Origin: an uncultured Gemmatimonadales bacterium
GTDB taxonomy: Bacteria; Gemmatimonadota; Gemmatimonadetes; Gemmatimonadales; Gemmatimonadaceae
Length of the DNA stretch: 64,000 bases
Direction: 5' to 3'
NCBI GenBank assembly: GCA_963701965.1
Contig: OY969695.1
Coordinates: 512,001 to 576,000, forward strand
Shown: one piece after another, positions 22,790 to 32,639 of the stretch
Layout: every line of letters starts with the position of its first letter
Position numbering within the stretch: the first letter of the stretch is position 1
Notes under the pieces: generated by a model
The model's input: the letters and a program-made list of their open reading frames with translations, nothing else
What the model was told of the DNA's origin: nothing
The model's database searches: none
Made by a program: the position numbers and the translations under genes

Positions 22790-23765
22790 CGTCATCCTGG
22801 AGATAGCGGCGGACCGACGTCGCGTCGCGCATCCGCGCAATGAGGCGCTCGTTGAACGCCTCGGCGGCGTCGACGCCCGAGTAGCGAAGCAAATGGTTCA
22901 TGGCAATGACTTCCGCGACCACGGTGATGTTCTTTCCGGGGTTCAAGGGGACGGTGATCTTCGGAATGGCGACCCCCAGGATGTCCATCGTGACGCCGTC
23001 GAGGCCCGTGCGGTCGACGACCGCGTCGAAATTCCACTCCTCGAGCTGCACCACGACCTCGATGCGCTTTTGCTGCCGCACCGCGCGAATGCCGAAGATC
23101 GCCCGCACGTCCACCAACCCAATGCCCCGCACCTCCATGAAGTGCCGTTGCAGCTCGTGCCCGCGACCGACGAGGACATCGGTGCCGCGGCGCGTGACCA
23201 GCACCAGATCATCCGCGACCAACCGGTGCCCGCGCTCGACCAGGTCCAGCACGCACTCCGATTTGCCGATGCCGCTCTTGCCGATGAACAGGAGTCCGAC
23301 CCCGAACACATCGGCCAGCGATCCGTGGATCGTGGCCGACGGCGCGAACGCCTCCTCCAGCATGGGCCAGAGCCGCCGGTAAAACTCGTTCGTCTTGAGC
23401 GGCGACCGGAACACCGGCACGCCGGCACCGGCGGCGATCTCGCCCAGCCCCCTCGGCAACGACTGGGCCTTGGTCACGAACAACGCCGGGATGGGAAATT
23501 GGAAGAATCGCCGGAGGCTTGCCAGGCGCTCTTCGGTGGGAAGGGATTCCAGATAGGAAATCTCCGTCTCGCCCAGCACGAGCAACCGGTTGCCGGCGAA
23601 CCGCTCGACGTACCCGGCCAGGACGAGGCCGGGGCTGGAGACTTCCGGATTGGTAATGGGTCGATCGAGACCCCTGGCATCGCCACCCGGGACGACCACC
23701 TGCTCGAGTTCCAGTACATCGTGGAGACGCTCGAACAGGTGGCCGACCGTGATCGTGGCGCTCAC
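22782..23765 (-). CDS. hprK: HPr kinase/phosphorylase
   Basis: GKSGIGKSE, RGHRLVADD, MEVRGIG and PGKN. Confidence 0.95.
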   Translation of the reverse strand: MSATITVGHLFERLHDVLELEQVVVPGGDARGLDRPITNPEVSSPGLVLAGYVERFAGNRLLVLGETEISYLESLPTEERLASLRRFFQFPIPALFVTKAQSLPRGLGEIAAGAGVPVFRSPLKTNEFYRRLWPMLEEAFAPSATIHGSLADVFGVGLLFIGKSGIGKSECVLDLVERGHRLVADDLVLVTRRGTDVLVGRGHELQRHFMEVRGIGLVDVRAIFGIRAVRQQKRIEVVVQLEEWNFDAVVDRTGLDGVTMDILGVAIPKITVPLNPGKNITVVAEVIAMNHLLRYSGVDAAEAFNERLIARMRDATSVRRYLQDDDE

Positions 23766-23771
23766 GTGCGC

Positions 23772-24077
23772 TCAGGCCGTCGCGCGCGCACGGGCTTTGG
23801 GTGTGCGTTTTATGCTACGCAATTGCGCTTCCAGGCACCGGACGGCATCGCCCAGTGCGGCGTTGAAGAATGGGGCTCGCCCCTCGGCAATGAGCCGTCA
23901 ATGCCGGGGCGCGTGGAGGACAATCTCGACGCGTCGAGTTCGGCCGTCTCCTTCAAAGCGCACGACGGCGTCGACCGTCCTCTTGAGTCGCGAGGCCACG
24001 CGCTCGACGGCGCGTTCGGCTTTCGCGCGAACCCGATCGGACACGACGGCGTGGTGTGCATGAAAAATGACGTCCAT
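23772..24077 (-). CDS. hpf: HPF/RaiA-family ribosome-associated protein containing an in-frame TGA at 23898-23900
   Basis: MDVIFHAHHAVVSDRVRAKAERAVERV..VEIVLHAPRH*RLIAEGRAPFFNAALGDAVRCLEAQLRSIK..; the frame continues to TGA 23772, 6 nt before hprK; hpf-hprK is a typical adjacency. Confidence 0.75.
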
Positions 24078-24081
24078 AAGC

Positions 24082-25203
24082 CTACCCTCTCTGCTTGAGG
24101 TTGTTGAGGACGTGCGTGAGATGTGCTGCGGTCTCGGTAGCGGCGCGGTTCCAGGTGAAGGTTTCGGCGAAGCGGCGGCCGGATGCACCCATGGTGCGAA
24201 CACGGCCGGGGTCGCCAGCGAATCGACCCAAGGCGTCAGCGAGGGTCTCAATGTCACCGTGCGGGACGAGGTATCCGGTCTGACCGTCGACAACGGATTC
24301 CCGAATGCCTGGCGAATTCGAAGCCACCACGGGAGTTCCGCACGCCGCCGCCTCCAGATTCGTGATCCCCCACCCCTCCTTCGGCGACGCGAAGGTCAGT
24401 GCCCACGACCGCCGCAGGAGTGCGAGCTTCTCCTGCTCGGACACTCGTCCAAGAAACCGTACGCTGTCCGCCAGGTCAAGCGAGCGCGTGAGGCGTTCCA
24501 AATTGGGCCGATAATTGCCAGCCCCGGCAATATCGAGTGTCGCCGTCGGGAATCGCCCCCTGAGACACGCAAACGCGCGGATCACCAGATGCACCCCCTT
24601 GTACTTCTTGAGACGACCCAGATAGGCAAATCGTGGCTCGGGCGTGCGATCGGTATCACAAGGGGTGTACCACTCGGTATCGACGCCCTGGAAGATGACC
24701 TTGACGTTCCGTCTCTGAATACCGCGCGCGACGAGATCATCCGCCGTGCTCTCGCTCACAGCCTGAAACGGGACCGACCGGTATATGTGCGGGAGCGGCC
24801 GCTCGGCCAGCCACACCGCTGCCGCCAGCGGTGGGGCGAGCTCGCGGAATGCTGTCAAGCCGAAGAGATGGTGCACGAGCCCCACGACCTGGGGGCCGCC
24901 CCAGCGCGGGGTGTTGAGCGGGATCTTATTGAGGTCCTCCACGAGGACATCGTACCTGGCGGGCGCGAACTGGGCGTGATAGGCGCGGCGGGCCAGGAGC
25001 GGGTACGTGTGGCGCGTGCCGACTCGATGCACGTCAATGCCGTCCAGCACGACCCGCGGGGCGCAGCCCGGCCAGCCGGCGCACAAGAGCGCCACCTGAT
25101 GCCCGCGCTCGACCAGCCGCCCAAAGATCTCGTGCAGATGGGTCTCGGCGCCGCCCGCTTGGGGATTTTCGCGGTCCTGCCAATTGACGACGGCTATGCG
25201 CAC
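24082..25203 (-). CDS. Glycosyltransferase family 4
   Basis: AGGAE, YLGRLKKYKG and EGWGITNLEAAACGTPVVAS. Confidence 0.9.
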   Translation of the reverse strand: MRIAVVNWQDRENPQAGGAETHLHEIFGRLVERGHQVALLCAGWPGCAPRVVLDGIDVHRVGTRHTYPLLARRAYHAQFAPARYDVLVEDLNKIPLNTPRWGGPQVVGLVHHLFGLTAFRELAPPLAAAVWLAERPLPHIYRSVPFQAVSESTADDLVARGIQRRNVKVIFQGVDTEWYTPCDTDRTPEPRFAYLGRLKKYKGVHLVIRAFACLRGRFPTATLDIAGAGNYRPNLERLTRSLDLADSVRFLGRVSEQEKLALLRRSWALTFASPKEGWGITNLEAAACGTPVVASNSPGIRESVVDGQTGYLVPHGDIETLADALGRFAGDPGRVRTMGASGRRFAETFTWNRAATETAAHLTHVLNNLKQRG

Positions 25204-25256
25204 ACAAATGTTATGGAAGAGTTCGAGTCCGCCTGGAGCAGTCGGGAGTATCGCCG

Positions 25257-25892
25257 TTGCGTCACGCCATTGCCATTGTATTGCTGGTGTCGGTGGTCGC
25301 CTGTGGCGGCAGTACAGCGCCACGACCGCCAACCGCCGCGCGCGTGGCGCAGCACCTGGACAGTCTTTACGAGTCGGCCTGTGTCGCGGGGCAAGCGCAA
25401 CGGTGCAACTTCCTGGCGTTCTTCGTCACACCGCCCGCCGCCGGGGCGCAACCCACGACAATCTCCCTCGGCGCCCCGGGCGGCACAGAATCGTGGCACG
25501 CCTTCGTTCGGGAGACGTACGACACCAACGCCAGCGGCCAGCCGATCGACTCGTCGTTCATCGTGATGGCGTACCGGGACGACGCGTTCACCACGGGCAT
25601 CCTGGCGCTCGTCTCTCACGTCAACACATCGCCGCAAGTCATCGCCAATCTCCTCTCGGCCGACACGCTCGTCTCGCCCCAACTCTCGGGCAACGGCACG
25701 GTGTCGACGCAAACGGTGGGCGCGGCCTGCACATCGACCCCGGGACTGTACCAGGACGCCGGCGTGCCGTCCGCTCACTGCACCGTCGGCACCTTCGGGG
25801 TTCTGATCAACGTCGGGTTCGCTGATTCCACCTGGCGCTCCGTCGCCATCGGCCCCGCCACCATCAACGGCATCCGCGAGATCACGCCCTAG
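25257..25892 (+). CDS. Hypothetical lipoprotein
   Basis: Signal peptide with lipobox VVAC-GG; fills the gap; coding-like codon usage. Confidence 0.65.
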   Translation: MRHAIAIVLLVSVVACGGSTAPRPPTAARVAQHLDSLYESACVAGQAQRCNFLAFFVTPPAAGAQPTTISLGAPGGTESWHAFVRETYDTNASGQPIDSSFIVMAYRDDAFTTGILALVSHVNTSPQVIANLLSADTLVSPQLSGNGTVSTQTVGAACTSTPGLYQDAGVPSAHCTVGTFGVLINVGFADSTWRSVAIGPATINGIREITP

Positions 25893-25898
25893 GCGCGA

Positions 25899-26327
25899 TC
25901 ACAGCCGCCCGCTGCGCCGCGCCAACGCGTCGACGACGCCGTTGACGAACGCGGCGCTTTTGGCGGACCCATACCGTTCGGCCAGACGAATGGCCTCCTG
26001 AATCACCACCCGCGGTGGCGTGTCGCCCCGCGACAGCTCGGCCGCGGCCAAACGCAGCACGGAGCGCTCGATCGCGCCCAGCCGGTCCAGTCGCCAGTTG
26101 GTGGTGACGTCGGCGAGCGCGGAATCGAGATCGGCGCCCTCGCGCGTCACGGTCCGCACCAGGTTCGCCGCCAACACGCGCTCGTCGGCCGGCACGGCCA
26201 GGTCGTCCCATACCGCCGCGGCAATGCGCGGCAAGTTCTCACGCGCGCTGGGCGCGCGCACGTCCCAAGCGTACAACGCTTGCAACGCGCGCGAACGGGC
26301 GCGGGTCTCGACGCGCGTGCGGCGCAT
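25899..26327 (-). CDS. nusB: Transcription antitermination factor NusB
   Basis: RSRALQALY, WRLDRL..IERSVLRLA and FVNGVVD; follows ribH. Confidence 0.93.
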   Translation of the reverse strand: MRRTRVETRARSRALQALYAWDVRAPSARENLPRIAAAVWDDLAVPADERVLAANLVRTVTREGADLDSALADVTTNWRLDRLGAIERSVLRLAAAELSRGDTPPRVVIQEAIRLAERYGSAKSAAFVNGVVDALARRSGRL

Positions 26328-26815
26328 CAGTCGACGTCCGCGCCTTCATCGACCGCCAAGCGCGCGAACAGGTCGGCCATCTCGACGGCGGCCCGCGCCG
26401 CATCGGCGCCCTTGTTGCCATGGAGTCCACCGGCCCGCGCCTCCGCCTGCTCCACGGTGTCGCACGTCAAGACCCCAAAGCCGATCGGCACATGGTATTC
26501 GGCGCTGGCGTCGGCGATCCCGCGCGACGCCTCGCCCGCGACGAAATCAAAATGGGGGGTGTCGCCCCGTATCACCGCACCGACCGCCACCAACGCATCG
26601 TAGCGGTCCGACGCCAGCAAGGCCCGGGCTGCCGCCGGTAGCTCCCAGGCGCCGGGGACCCAGACCAGATCGACATCCTCGTAGCGGGCGCCGGCATCGA
26701 TCAATGCCGACACGGCGCCCTCGGCGAGCTTGTGCGTGATACTCTCATTGAAGCGGCTGGCCACCACGGCAAACCGCCGACCGTGGGCCTCGACCGCGCC
26801 CGTGAATTCGGCCAC
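26327..26815 (-). CDS. ribH: 6,7-dimethyl-8-ribityllumazine synthase
   Basis: VASRFN, VPGAWELP, IRGDTPHFDFV, FGVLT and NKG. Confidence 0.95.
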   Translation of the reverse strand: MAEFTGAVEAHGRRFAVVASRFNESITHKLAEGAVSALIDAGARYEDVDLVWVPGAWELPAAARALLASDRYDALVAVGAVIRGDTPHFDFVAGEASRGIADASAEYHVPIGFGVLTCDTVEQAEARAGGLHGNKGADAARAAVEMADLFARLAVDEGADVD

Positions 26816-26819
26816 GCGG

Positions 26820-28025
26820 CTATGAGGCCAAGAGGTGACCGAGCTTGGCCCGCTTGGTCTCGAGATACGACGCGTTCTCTTCGGTCGCCGGCGCCTCAAT
26901 GCGCACGCCGTCGACGATGCGGAGCCCATACCCCTCGAGACCAACCAACTTGCGCGGATTGTTGGTGAGGACACGGATCGACTTGAGCCCCAGGTCGAGC
27001 AGGATCTGGGCGCCGATGCCGTAGTCGCGGAGATCGGGCTTGAACCCCAGCCGCTCGTTGGCCTCGACCGTGTCCGCCCCCTGATCCTGCAACGCGTAGG
27101 CCTTGAGCTTGTTGAGCAGCCCGATGCCGCGCCCTTCCTGATCGAGGTACACCAAAACACCGCGGCCGGCCTCGGCGATCATCGCCATCGCCCGGTCCAA
27201 CTGCCACCCGCAATCGCACCGCTGGGAGTGGAACACATCGCCCGTCAGACACTTGGAGTGCATCCGCACCAGAATGCTCTCGCCGCCCGCGACGTCGCCG
27301 TGGACGAGCGCCACGTGCTCGTGGGCGTCGACGTCATTGCGATATCCGACGATGCGCCATTCGCCGTGCCCGGTCGGCAGCCGCGCTTCCGCGACCCGAT
27401 GCACCAGCCGTTCCGTGCGCAGCCGATACGACACGAGCTGGGCGATCGTGACGAACGTGATGCCGTGCGTCGCCGCGAACTGCTCCAGCTGCGGACGCTT
27501 GGCCATCGTGCCATCGGCGTTCATGACTTCGCAGATCACGCCCGCCGGCACGAGGCCGGCCAGCCGCGCCAGATCGATCGCCGCCTCCGTGTGCCCCACC
27601 CGCTCCAGCACGCCGCCCTGTCGGGCGCGCAGCGGATTGATATGTCCGGGGCGCGTCAGGTCGGACGGCAGCGTCTTGGGATCGACCGCGACGCGGATCG
27701 TGGTCGCGCGGTCGCTGGCACTGACGCCCGTGGTCACCCCGAAACGCGGCGCCGCGTCGACCGTGGTCGTGAACGCGGTGCGCATGGTCTCGGTGTTGAC
27801 GTCGGACTGCGGCGCCAACCGCAAATGGTCGACGCGGTCCGGCGTCAGTGCCAGGCAAATCAACCCGCGGGCATTGAGCAGGAGAAAATTCACCATGTCC
27901 GGCGTCACGCGTTCCGCGGCGCAGATCAGATCGCCCTCGTTCTCGCGATCTTCGTCGTCGGCGACGAGCACGAACTTTCCGGCGCGGATGTCGGCGATCG
28001 CCTGCTCGATCGATCCGAAGCTCAC
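26820..28025 (-). CDS. ribBA: Bifunctional DHBP synthase / GTP cyclohydrolase II
   Basis: DDEDRENEGD, GHTEA, RMHSKCLTGDVFHSQRCDCG, QEGRGIGL and LTNNPRK. Confidence 0.95.
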   Translation of the reverse strand: MSFGSIEQAIADIRAGKFVLVADDEDRENEGDLICAAERVTPDMVNFLLLNARGLICLALTPDRVDHLRLAPQSDVNTETMRTAFTTTVDAAPRFGVTTGVSASDRATTIRVAVDPKTLPSDLTRPGHINPLRARQGGVLERVGHTEAAIDLARLAGLVPAGVICEVMNADGTMAKRPQLEQFAATHGITFVTIAQLVSYRLRTERLVHRVAEARLPTGHGEWRIVGYRNDVDAHEHVALVHGDVAGGESILVRMHSKCLTGDVFHSQRCDCGWQLDRAMAMIAEAGRGVLVYLDQEGRGIGLLNKLKAYALQDQGADTVEANERLGFKPDLRDYGIGAQILLDLGLKSIRVLTNNPRKLVGLEGYGLRIVDGVRIEAPATEENASYLETKRAKLGHLLAS

Positions 28026-28628
28026 GGTAGGACGCTCCCGGAATACGGCGCGACCAGACGCCGGACATACTTGCCGATGACGTCGGCCTCGACCTGCACC
28101 AGATCGCCGGGCTCGAGGGCACCGAGCGTGGTGTGCCGCATCGTGTACTCGATGATGGAAAGTTGCAGCTGATTCGCTGCTGGCAGCTCGTTCACCGTCA
28201 GGCTCACGCCATCCACGGCCACGGCGCCATGCGGGACCAGCAGCTCGGCAATGTCGTCCGGCACGACGACGTCGATCAGAAACGCGTCGCCCCGCATCTG
28301 GGTCGCCGCCACGCGTCCAACGCCGTCGACGTGCCCCTGCACGATATGGCCCCCAAACCGGTCCCCGGCCCGCATCGACCGCTCGAGATTGAGGCGCGTG
28401 CCCGCGCCCCACTGCCCGATCGTCGTGCGATCGAGCGTGGTGACGACGGCGGCCGCCGTGAACCAACCGGGTCCGCATTCCCGCACCGTGAGGCACGCGC
28501 CGTTGACGGCGATGCTCTCGCCCGCGGCCAGGTGCCCATAGCCGCACGCGATCCTGAGCTCGCGCCCCGCGGGTCCGTCGAGCACGCGCTCGATGGTCCC
28601 GAATGTCGTCGATCAATCCCGTGAACAC
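28022..28628 (-). CDS. ribE: Riboflavin synthase alpha chain (+1 frameshift at about 28603)
   Basis: MFTGLIDDI joins GTIERV..SIAVNGACLTV..GGHIVQGHVD..VDGVSLTV after removing one T. Confidence 0.92.
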
Positions 28629-29683
28629 TGATAAACCGTCATGGTGTCATCATCCAGCGTACGCCGCGCGAGTACCGGGAGCCGCACCGCATCCGCCGCC
28701 GCCCGCGGCGGCGCGAACGCGAATGCCCCCAATGCCCCAGCACCAAGAATGCGGGGTGACTGAAAGATAACGAGTCGGTCGACCAGTGACGCCGTGAGAA
28801 GCGCGCCGCCGAGCCGCGCGCCACCTTCGACCAGCAACCCCCGCACGCCGAGCTCGCGGAGCGATTGCAGCGCGTCGGCCGGAGTCGGCGCCTCGATGAC
28901 GCTGACGCCGGCCGCGGTCAGCCGGGCCACGCGCCCTGGATCCGGATCATGCGCCATCACGATCACGGGCGCTTCGCGCCCCGTGTCGACCAACCGGCTA
29001 TCCAGGGGGAGGCGCGCCTTCCGGTCGAAGACCACCCGGCGGGGCGCGACGCGCGGGGCGGCGGCGTCCCGGACCGTCAGCGAGGGATCATCGGCCAGCA
29101 CGGTGCCGATGCCGACGGCGACGGCGTCGCTCCCGGCGCGCATCCGGTGCACCTCGCGCCGTGAGGCCGCATTCGTGATCCAGGCGCTTTGGCCCTCGGC
29201 GTCGGCGAGCGCGCCATCCAGCGAGAGGGCGAGCTTGAGCGTCACCCACGGCCGGTCGGAGACGAACGCATGAAAGAACGCGGCGTTCAGCTCCCGGGCG
29301 GCCCGTTCCTCGACGCCGAAAGTGATCTCCACGCCGGCGTCCCGGAGGCGTCCGGCGCCGCCCCGCGCGACCGGATTGGGGTCCGGGACGGCGATGACGA
29401 CCCGGCGAACACCCGCCGCGAGAAGCGCATCGGCGCACGGCGGCGTCTGTCCGTGATGCGCGCATGGTTCGACCGTGACGTACACGGTCGCCCCGGCCGC
29501 GCGATCGCCCGCGGCGCGCAAGGCGACCACCTCGGCGTGATCCCCACCGTACCGCGCGTGGAAGCCCTCGCCGACGATCTCACCGTCACGCACGACAACG
29601 GCGCCGACCATCGGGTTCGGCGCCGTTTGTCCCCACCCCAGCTCCGCGAGCGCGAGCGCCCGCTGCATGAGCTCGTGATCCAT
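28613..29683 (-). CDS. ribD: Riboflavin biosynthesis deaminase/reductase
   Basis: PNPMVGAV, HAEV, EPCAHHGQTPPC, SLDG and VEGG. Confidence 0.95.
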   Translation of the reverse strand: MDHELMQRALALAELGWGQTAPNPMVGAVVVRDGEIVGEGFHARYGGDHAEVVALRAAGDRAAGATVYVTVEPCAHHGQTPPCADALLAAGVRRVVIAVPDPNPVARGGAGRLRDAGVEITFGVEERAARELNAAFFHAFVSDRPWVTLKLALSLDGALADAEGQSAWITNAASRREVHRMRAGSDAVAVGIGTVLADDPSLTVRDAAAPRVAPRRVVFDRKARLPLDSRLVDTGREAPVIVMAHDPDPGRVARLTAAGVSVIEAPTPADALQSLRELGVRGLLVEGGARLGGALLTASLVDRLVIFQSPRILGAGALGAFAFAPPRAAADAVRLPVLARRTLDDDTMTVYQCSRD

Positions 29684-29692
29684 GCCTCGAAA

Positions 29693-30697
29693 TCAGAACT
29701 TGAACAGGAACCCCACCGAGCCGTAGAGGCGGCTGTCGCCGGCCATTTGGCCGTCGAACGTATTGAACGTCGAAATCGTCTTTCCCGCAACGTCGCCGAC
29801 CTCGAACACGATGTGGAAGATCGCCATGTTGAGCGACAGGTCGCCGAAATAGTTGGTGCGGGTGATGTTGAACGCGGGGCTGGCGACCGTGCCGGAGCAC
29901 GCGCCGACCTGGCCGCAGCCGGACGCCGGGGAGAGCGCCACGTCGACGGTGGTCGAGCCCCGATAGTTGTCCGAGCCCGCGCCCAACGCCAAGCCCAGAA
30001 TGAGAAAGTTCTTGCTGGCCACGATGCGCCACGCGGTCGTCTTGAGGCTCAGGTCACGCACCGTCAACGTGTCGCTCTGGCCATCCGTCCCGGAGAGCGT
30101 CGTCGTCGGCAGGTCGCGCTCCATGAACGTCACCGACACCGCGGGGGAGACGGGCGTCTCCTGCACGATACCGAGCCGGCCGCCGTATCCGATCTGGACG
30201 GGCGTCTTGGGCTTGAGCGAGACGTTGTTGGTCGTCACGCTGGGGATGTAGATCGCGCTCACCATGGCGTCGAGCGACGCCACCTTCACAATGCCGAGCG
30301 GCAGACCGCCGAACAAACCGATCCCGGCGACCGCCGACGGCATGGGGACCGGAAAGACCGTGGTGTTGAAATCGGTCTGCTGCGCGCCGTTGATCGACGT
30401 CGAGATGTTGTCGAACTTGGGCACGTTGCCCTTCACGATGTTGGTCTGGACGCCGATCGCGAAGTGGCCGAGTCCACCGAGCGTCCCACCCTGGCCGAGG
30501 ACGGCGTTGCCGCCGGCGACGGCGGTGGCGAGCTGGGGGACGAGATAGTTGAAGAGGTCGACGGTCTTCTGGCACCCGTCCTGAAGCTCGACAGCGGCCG
30601 TAGCGCAGGCGGCTGTTTGAGCGCGCGCGGACGTCGCAAGGAATGGCGCCGAGGCAAGGGCGAGAACTGCGAGCTGACAACGTACGCGGGCTGGCAT
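29693..30697 (-). CDS. Hypothetical outer-membrane beta-barrel protein
   Basis: Signal peptide (ARA-Q), alternating beta-strands and C-terminal YGSVGFLFKF ending in Phe. Confidence 0.65.
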   Translation of the reverse strand: MPARVRCQLAVLALASAPFLATSARAQTAACATAAVELQDGCQKTVDLFNYLVPQLATAVAGGNAVLGQGGTLGGLGHFAIGVQTNIVKGNVPKFDNISTSINGAQQTDFNTTVFPVPMPSAVAGIGLFGGLPLGIVKVASLDAMVSAIYIPSVTTNNVSLKPKTPVQIGYGGRLGIVQETPVSPAVSVTFMERDLPTTTLSGTDGQSDTLTVRDLSLKTTAWRIVASKNFLILGLALGAGSDNYRGSTTVDVALSPASGCGQVGACSGTVASPAFNITRTNYFGDLSLNMAIFHIVFEVGDVAGKTISTFNTFDGQMAGDSRLYGSVGFLFKF

Positions 30698-30708
30698 TCC
30701 GATCTCCG

Positions 30709-31725
30709 TTACGTGAGTATGACCCGTCCCTCCCCCTGGACCACGCGTCCGAGAGGCCAACAGTCGATGCCGGCGCGGCGCGCGGATGCCGCAACGAGAT
30801 CGGCCGACGACGGGTCGGCGAACACCACCATCCCCACACCCATGTTGAAGGCGCGGTACATCTCTTCTTCGCCAATGCCACCGGCCTCGGCGAGCACTCC
30901 GAACACGCGCGGCACCGGCCAACTCCCGCGCGCGATCTCCGCATCGAGCGACGGCGGCAACACCCGCCCCACGTTGCCCGGCAGTCCGCCGCCGGTCACG
31001 TGCGCCATCGCGTGGACGCGATCGAGAATCGGACGCATCACTGGCAAGTAGGAGCGGTGAACGGCCAGCAGGACATCGGCCACCGTGCCGGTGTCATCCG
31101 GGAACCGGTCCGTCGCGCGAAGATGCAGCCGATCGCTCACCACGCGCCGTGCCAGCGAATACCCGTTCGTGTGCAGCCCTGTGCTTGCCAGACCGAGCAC
31201 CACATCGCCTTTCCGCACCCGCTCGGCGCCCAGCACTCGATCCTCGTCCACGATACCGACGATGAACCCGGCCAGGTCGTAATCGGGAGGCGTATAAACA
31301 CCAGGCATTTCCGCGGTCTCGCCGCCAATGAGAGCGCACTCATTTTCGCGGCAGCCGGCCGCCACGCCGGAGACGATGGCCTCGGCCACGGTCGGATCCA
31401 ACCGCCCGAACGCCACGTAGTCCAGGAAGAACAGCGGGAGCGCGCCCTGGACCAGAATGTCGTTGACGCAGTGGTTCACGAGATCGTGCCCGATCGTCTC
31501 GTGCCGGCCCGCCTCAATGGCGACTTTGACCTTGGTCCCCACCCCATCGGCGCTGGCCACCAAGAGCCGGGGTGTCTCGCCCGCCGGGACCTTGAACATG
31601 CCGCCAAAGCCACCGAACGCCCCGCGCGCTCCGGCCGTGAACGTCGACTCGACCAGGCGCTTGATCCGGCGTTTGGCGTCGTCGGCCGCGTCCAGGTTCA
31701 CACCGGCCGCGCGATAGTCGATCAC
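30709..31725 (-). CDS. purM: Phosphoribosylaminoimidazole synthetase
   Basis: YRAAGV, DGVGTK, GGETAEMPG, STGLHTNGYS, HVTGGG and FNMGVG. Confidence 0.95.
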   Translation of the reverse strand: MIDYRAAGVNLDAADDAKRRIKRLVESTFTAGARGAFGGFGGMFKVPAGETPRLLVASADGVGTKVKVAIEAGRHETIGHDLVNHCVNDILVQGALPLFFLDYVAFGRLDPTVAEAIVSGVAAGCRENECALIGGETAEMPGVYTPPDYDLAGFIVGIVDEDRVLGAERVRKGDVVLGLASTGLHTNGYSLARRVVSDRLHLRATDRFPDDTGTVADVLLAVHRSYLPVMRPILDRVHAMAHVTGGGLPGNVGRVLPPSLDAEIARGSWPVPRVFGVLAEAGGIGEEEMYRAFNMGVGMVVFADPSSADLVAASARRAGIDCWPLGRVVQGEGRVILT

Positions 31726-32639
31726 CGCGGCATCTCGGTCTGGAAGGCGACCAGCCGATGAAATTCCGCGACCCGGCGGTCAATGTCGGTGCGCGAGAGC
31801 TCGAGGAGGCGGGTGTTCGAGAACTGCTCGACCGCGAACGAACCGAGCGCCGACCCGTACACCACGGCCCGGCGCATGTTGGCTTCGCTCAGGTCGCCAG
31901 TCCGCGCCAGGTAGCCGATGAAGCCCCCCGCGAACGAATCCCCGGCCCCAGTCGGGTCGAAGATCTGCTCCAACGGATAGGCGGGAGCGTAGAAGACCGA
32001 TTCCCGGGTGAACATGAACGCGCCGTGCTCGCCCTTCTTGATGATGACGTAGCGGGGGCCGTGGTCCAGGATCCATCGGGCGGCATGCACGAGATTCGCC
32101 TGCTCGGTCAGCTGCCGCGCCTCGCCGTCGTTGAGCGTGATGAGGTGCACCTTGCCCAGGAGACTCACCAGGTCGGCGCGGCGGCTCTCGATCCAGAAAT
32201 TCATCGTGTCGCACGCCACGAGGGTCGGCGACTCGACCTGGCTCAGCACATCGTGCTGCAAGCGCGGATCGATGTTCCCGAGGAACACGAACGGCGCGCG
32301 GCGGAACTGCGGAGGAATCTTCGGCCGAAAATGCGAGAAGACTCCGAGTCGCGTCTCCAGCGTCTCGGCGGCATTGAGATCGTGGCGATAGCGCCCGCGC
32401 CACCGAAAGGACTCGCCCTCGGCCCGCTCCAGGCCGGCCAGGTCGACGCCCCGCGCCGTAAGCGGCTCCAGCAGCTCAATGGGAAAATCCGATCCGACCA
32501 CGCCGACCACCTGGACGGTCGTGAGCAAAGACGCGGCCGACGCGAAAAACGTCGCCGAGCCGCCGAGCACGTTCTCGGCGCGTCCGAAGGGCGTCTCGAC
32601 AGAGTCGAGGGCCACCGAGCCGACGACGAGAACGGTCAC
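31722..32639 (-). CDS. PfkB/ribokinase-family kinase
   Basis: VVGSVALD, GGSA, KKGEHG and DPTGAGDSFAGG. Confidence 0.9.
   Translation of the reverse strand: MTVLVVGSVALDSVETPFGRAENVLGGSATFFASAASLLTTVQVVGVVGSDFPIELLEPLTARGVDLAGLERAEGESFRWRGRYRHDLNAAETLETRLGVFSHFRPKIPPQFRRAPFVFLGNIDPRLQHDVLSQVESPTLVACDTMNFWIESRRADLVSLLGKVHLITLNDGEARQLTEQANLVHAARWILDHGPRYVIIKKGEHGAFMFTRESVFYAPAYPLEQIFDPTGAGDSFAGGFIGYLARTGDLSEANMRRAVVYGSALGSFAVEQFSNTRLLELSRTDIDRRVAEFHRLVAFQTEMPR

Noticed and set aside
26820..28628. Apparent 602-aa RibE-RibBA fusion in the ORF track
   Set aside because: Only the first 9 codons are RibE; the rest of RibE lies in another frame. The fusion is an artefact of the single extra base.
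29684..30708. FMN, SAM or cobalamin riboswitches upstream of ribD, metK or the Btu-like genes
   Set aside because: The intergenic gaps are only a few to about 20 nt and I recognised no aptamer consensus; an Rfam scan would be the formal test.
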